A stretch of 63,593 bases of DNA, the filler included, from Perkinsus chesapeaki ATCC PRA-425 (lineage: Eukaryota > Protista > Perkinsozoa): the NCBI GenBank assembly GCA_013115145.1. It is 8 parts of 8 records of this genome, joined end to end, with 100 filler letters (N's around TTAATTAATTAA, not from the genome) between each part and the next. Parts side by side here need not be neighbours in the genome. Positions count along the whole stretch, not along the records: positions 59,276 to 60,823 come from JAAPAO010001904.1; positions 60,924 to 62,429 come from JAAPAO010001928.1; positions 62,530 to 63,593 come from JAAPAO010002232.1; 5 more parts are not named here. One strand, given 5' to 3'. Positions 59,700 through 63,593 of the stretch are shown here, one piece after another (within the stretch, counting starts at the first letter, position 1; the number at the start of each line of letters is the position of its first letter). A model generated the notes under the pieces. That model was not told the DNA's origin. It did no database searches and saw only the letters and a list, made by a program, of their open reading frames with translations. The translations under genes were made by a program, and so were the position numbers.

Positions 59700-60820
59700 G
59701 AAGGATGATGAAAACAATCAGATCGAGAGCGGGCGATTAGGAGAGTTGACCCTTGAACAGCTTTCGAAGGACCGAGATGAGAAGAATCTGACTAGTCAAT
59801 CTATAGAGGATCTACAGCAATGGGCATTAATGGGTATACCAACAATGGGCAGACAGCTGCCGCAACATATCCAGTAACTCGTCTAGGAGGACATAGCGAA
59901 CCACACGTGGGATGTGGAGAAATCGCTCTTATAGATAATCATGTTTAGGAGAAGTATTACGGCATTAGTATGATGAATATACTTAGCACGAATTATACTT
60001 ACTTGAGGAGTACATGAATAAAAGATGATCGCAAGGCATAAGACTCGCATTCGGGGATCTTCAGGTCAACGAGAGCAGAAGTAACGGTAGCAGCAGAAGT
60101 GGTGGACCTCCACTGGGGGTAGCAGTAGAAGTGGAAGTTGGGGTAGCAGTGGGATCGGTCATCCTCTGAGAGGATGGAATCCCCTAGGAATCCCGAGGAA
60201 TTCGAGAGGATTCCTCTCGAGCTTCGCCATGAAAGCTACACCCTGAAAATACTGTATGACACCAAGTTAAAAAACCTGTCGATGCTCGCGCCTGCCGCAT
60301 GGCTCCTGTGGAGGACGTAGACGGACGTTTTACTAGTTTCCGAGTTTTAGTTGATTGTAATGCCTCCGTACCTGTACGACTCGCATTCAGCTGAAAGACT
60401 AAACAAAGACAACTTGTTATCGGATGTTAAATACGTTCGGCGAGCAGTGCTATCTTTGTGGACCACAAAGAGAGCACTGCTCGCCACCACAACTTGTGGG
60501 AGGGGGCGTCTGTGTATTGTTTCGGAATCATTTCGCGCGCGTTCAGTGAACGCCGTCCACAGATGCACTACCATTGCGACCTCCTCACGTATTGTGAATG
60601 CGAGGTTCTACCGATAACCAGAGCTCGGTTCGGATACCCGATCAATGGTTTAGGCAAGTTACACGAGCTGGAGTCCAGCTTCTGGACCATCGCATTACCA
60701 CAACACTTTCTCCAACTCCTCGTTGGTCAGGCCCAGAAGCTGGGAGCAGGAGTATTTGACATGAATCGCCCTGCCGTGAACTCGAGTGAACCCAGAGAGA
60801 GAGAATCCGCATGAGATAAT
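59700..60820 (+). pseudogene. Degenerate coding relic, possibly gag/protease of a retroelement
   Basis: Protein-like frame broken by TAA/TAG (HIQ*LV*EDIANHTWDVEKSLL*IIMFRR), a Ser/Gly-rich stretch and a protease-like FRVLVDCNAS. Confidence 0.3.
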
Positions 60821-60923
60821 GCANNNNNNNNNNNNNNNNNNNNNNNNNNNNNNNNNNNNNNNNNNNNTTAATTAATTAANNNNNNNNNNNNNNNNNNNNN
60901 NNNNNNNNNNNNNNNNNNNNNNN

Positions 60924-62429
60924 GTTTGGGGAGGAACTGGTCGATAGATAACCGGTAGTTGAGGAAAAATCCACGGCTGGTAAGTGAAGATAAGCTCATG
61001 TGGGCTATATCTTGACCGGCTTGAAGGAACGGTGTTATAACATTGAGTGGCCCGCTGAACAATTGTCTTAAATTGTTGAAAAGTCAATTGAGCGGTCTTA
61101 TGGCAACGAATACGTTCGTTGAGAATACGATGAGCTCGTTCGACCTTCCCATTTACCCAGGAGCTGTATGCAGGCGAAGCTGTAGAGACACAGTTAACAC
61201 GATTCAGCTCAGCAGTAAATTCTGTAGAGGTGAATTGTGTACCGGCATCACTACAAAACCTCTCCGGAACTGTGTTGAAAGTATCATACACAGAGCGGAA
61301 AACAGCAAGACAGTCGGGAGTAGACGGGAGATAACGGACGACTCGTGTGATGAGAAATGAAGTCCAATTGTCAATTAAGGTGACAATGTAAAACATGTCA
61401 TCCTTGTAGGGGCCACAGATGTCCATATGAACAAGTTCCCATGGTTGGGAACTACGGGTTTCAACTTGGCCATAAGACACAGTTAAAGAAGATGGGGCAG
61501 ATTGTGTCACACGCCCTAATGCACAGTGTTGACAATTAGCAACATGTTGAGTACATAGGTGGCGTAGTTTAGGAACTCGCACAAGTTGGCTGGCGCGAGC
61601 ATCCAAGGCTTTAACGCCTTCGTGCTCATGGAGGGACTCCAGGAGCGGTTGCACTTGCGTAGTGTCCTGTAACAGGAGACGACCAAAAATGTCGCGTTGA
61701 GTGTCAAGCGGCGGTGAAGGGATAATAGCCGCGATAAGGTCAGTCTCTATTAGCTGTTGGAATTGTGGAGGCACTGTAAAAAGTGGAATACGACTTAGAG
61801 GGTCAGCCAAATTGTCTGGGCTAGAAACAAAGTCGATAGAAAGCACTATATCCCATGCCTTACATGTGTCATGGAGAGTGCGTATGCGGCCTTCCACAAT
61901 GGCGCTATTAAGCCCATGGACTTGACGCCAATGTCGTTCTTCTTGGCGCTTCAGCCAGGACACGACAGTGAAGTTATCACATTTAACGGTAAGATTGAGG
62001 GAACGGCTCAAGTGTAAGGAAGCCTTATAGTTACACACAAGTTTAACGCCATAAATGAGAGCATCGAGTTCAGCCAAATTTATATGGCGATGATCGCCGA
62101 AGCGTCGTAATTTGGTGAAATCTTCGACATATATGTCACCAACAACGAGGACGGCACCGTATGCATACTTAGATGCATCGGTATATAAGGTCCATGTGGA
62201 ATCGGCATCATATTGCCATACCCCACGGACAGGATCTCCTGATGTATCGAGCAAGGCTTGCAGCTTCGCGCAAGCACGTGCGACAAAAGGAGTCACTTCG
62301 GAGTCCCAACCAGGTATCGGATCATTATTGAGTTTTACACATGTCAATCTCTTAAGTGCTGAAAAAGCAGGACGAGCATAGCGACAAACGGGATAGTGTG
62401 CAATAAATTTACCTCCCCAACTATGAATG
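60924..62429 (-). mobile_element. LTR-retrotransposon pol fragment (RNase H + integrase, Ty3/Gypsy-like), open across the whole contig
   Basis: LYTDASKYAYGAVL, HINLAELDAL, CDN, NLADPLSR, HEHEG..CQHC, PWELVHMDICGP, SDAGTQFTS, NGKVERAHR. Confidence 0.92.
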
Positions 62430-62678
62430 NNNNNNNNNNNNNNNNNNNNNNNNNNNNNNNNNNNNNNNNNNNNTTAATTAATTAANNNNNNNNNNNNNNN
62501 NNNNNNNNNNNNNNNNNNNNNNNNNNNNNCGGCCAGAAACCTACGGACTAGCTCGTCTTCGCCACTGTTAATGGTTCGTAGTTTTCTGAGTCAAGCTTTT
62601 GATGCCTTAAGAGAAAGCGCACTGTTTGGGTGCTGCAACAGTAGGCAGTGCTCCGGTTTGCTATTTTCATGAGTATTT

Positions 62679-62831
62679 TCAAGAGTTTCTTTCATGCTTA
62701 GTGAACAGATGATCGCGTGCTTGGGTGTGACGGGAGGTCTTCCTTGTTTCCCTGCAAACCTTACAACGGTAGAGCTTCGCGTGCACCCTGTCGAAGTACT
62801 CAGAAACGTCTAACGAGATGTTCAAGATCAT
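62679..62831 (-). pseudogene. BED-type zinc finger ORF, likely the N-terminus of a broken hAT-like transposase
   Basis: MILNISLDVSEYFDRVHAKLYRCKVCRETRKTSRHTQARDHLFTKH has the aromatic-C-x2-C...H-x4-H spacing of BED fingers. Confidence 0.55.
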
Positions 62832-62859
62832 TTCAAACAGAGCTAACAGAGTTCAAATC

Positions 62860-63430
62860 TAACCAACAGAAGGTTAATAATTAACCAAAATTAGTAAAAT
62901 AAAAACGTAAATTAACCGTTAATTTACGGACCATGGACACCCGGATTTCTCATCCACATAAGCATGATAGTATCATGATGTTACCTTGGCCGGCGGGCAA
63001 TTCCCGCCACCGTGGTTAACTGCGAAGAAATTTAATTTCCGAAATTACGAAAAGTCAAGTGAGCAAGAGTCGCCTAAAACTTAGGCGACTCTTGACGCTC
63101 GCATCGCGTTGAATTTCAACGGTTGAAATTGCCTTCAGGCCCTAAAGGCAATTTGCAAATCGCAAAGCCATACCCCCGGGGTATTACCCCGTGAGTCACG
63201 GGCCGTGACATCAGATAGCACGTCGTTAGCATGAGCAGGTGAACTGTTCAGTCACTGAACAAATACACTGAACTCCAGTGTATTGCTCAGAGGGTGACTC
63301 GGTGAACGCGCCCGGAGGGCGCGAGAACTTTTTGCCATTGTTGCGTATTTTGCGGAAATTTCCGCAATTTTCTTGCGGAAATTTCCGCAAACGGCAAAAT
63401 AGCTCAGACATTGACAAATCGCACACCCTG
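62860..63430. repeat. Palindrome-dense non-coding region, possibly the subterminal region of the BED/hAT-like element (candidate end CAGGGTGTGC on - at 63430)
   Basis: More than 12 distinct inverted repeats of 11-31 nt within about 500 nt. Confidence 0.75.
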
Positions 63431-63593
63431 AAAGGATAGCATCTGCTTATAAAATGGTACCCAAATGCCAACAACCGTATTCGAATAACGACTAGACTTT
63501 TCACAAGCGACAAGAGAAAGTGTGAAGGGCAACATGTTGCGCGCAATGTAAAATAGCAAACGGCGAAGGAGTCTTCATGTGGTGTGCACGCCG

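Noticed and set aside
59820-59990. Reassigned genetic code (TAA/TAG = Gln)
   Set aside because: Intact genes in the window end in TAA, TAG and TGA and have long stop-free frames, so the standard code holds.

Overview
Eukaryotic, intron-dense protist DNA. I infer a Perkinsus-like alveolate from the GPxKGGKDWR GAPDH insert, the many short (about 40-100 nt) GT-AG introns and the lineage-specific secreted proteins. The window is a concatenation of about 8 contigs joined by 100-nt N spacers that carry an artificial TTAATTAATTAA linker, so adjacency across spacers is not evidence of linkage. Bases 1-37 kb are gene-dense: CEP104, an intronless GAPDH, a divergent Argonaute lacking the slicer tetrad, a secreted Cys-repeat protein, a JmjC protein, a DnaJ, FAM227, a helical-repeat protein, an L/F-transferase-like protein, a coiled-coil protein, a Mei2-like RRM protein and a Q-rich secreted protein. 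Bases 37-63.6 kb are accessory and repeat-rich: a small paralogous gene family, inverted 21-bp arrays, a carboxylesterase, an intact and very young 9.3-kb Bel/Pao-like LTR retrotransposon, a second pol fragment and a BED-finger/hAT-like end. The most unusual signals are (1) strong CTA/CTAG enrichment confined to the retroelement contig, suggesting RIP-like C-to-T hypermutation, (2) dense islands of unrelated short palindromes, often 7-1-7, (3) tRNA-derived relics inside short spliceosomal introns, and (4) a non-catalytic Argonaute. Exon boundaries were read by eye and are approximate. Family assignments come from remembered motifs, not from searches.
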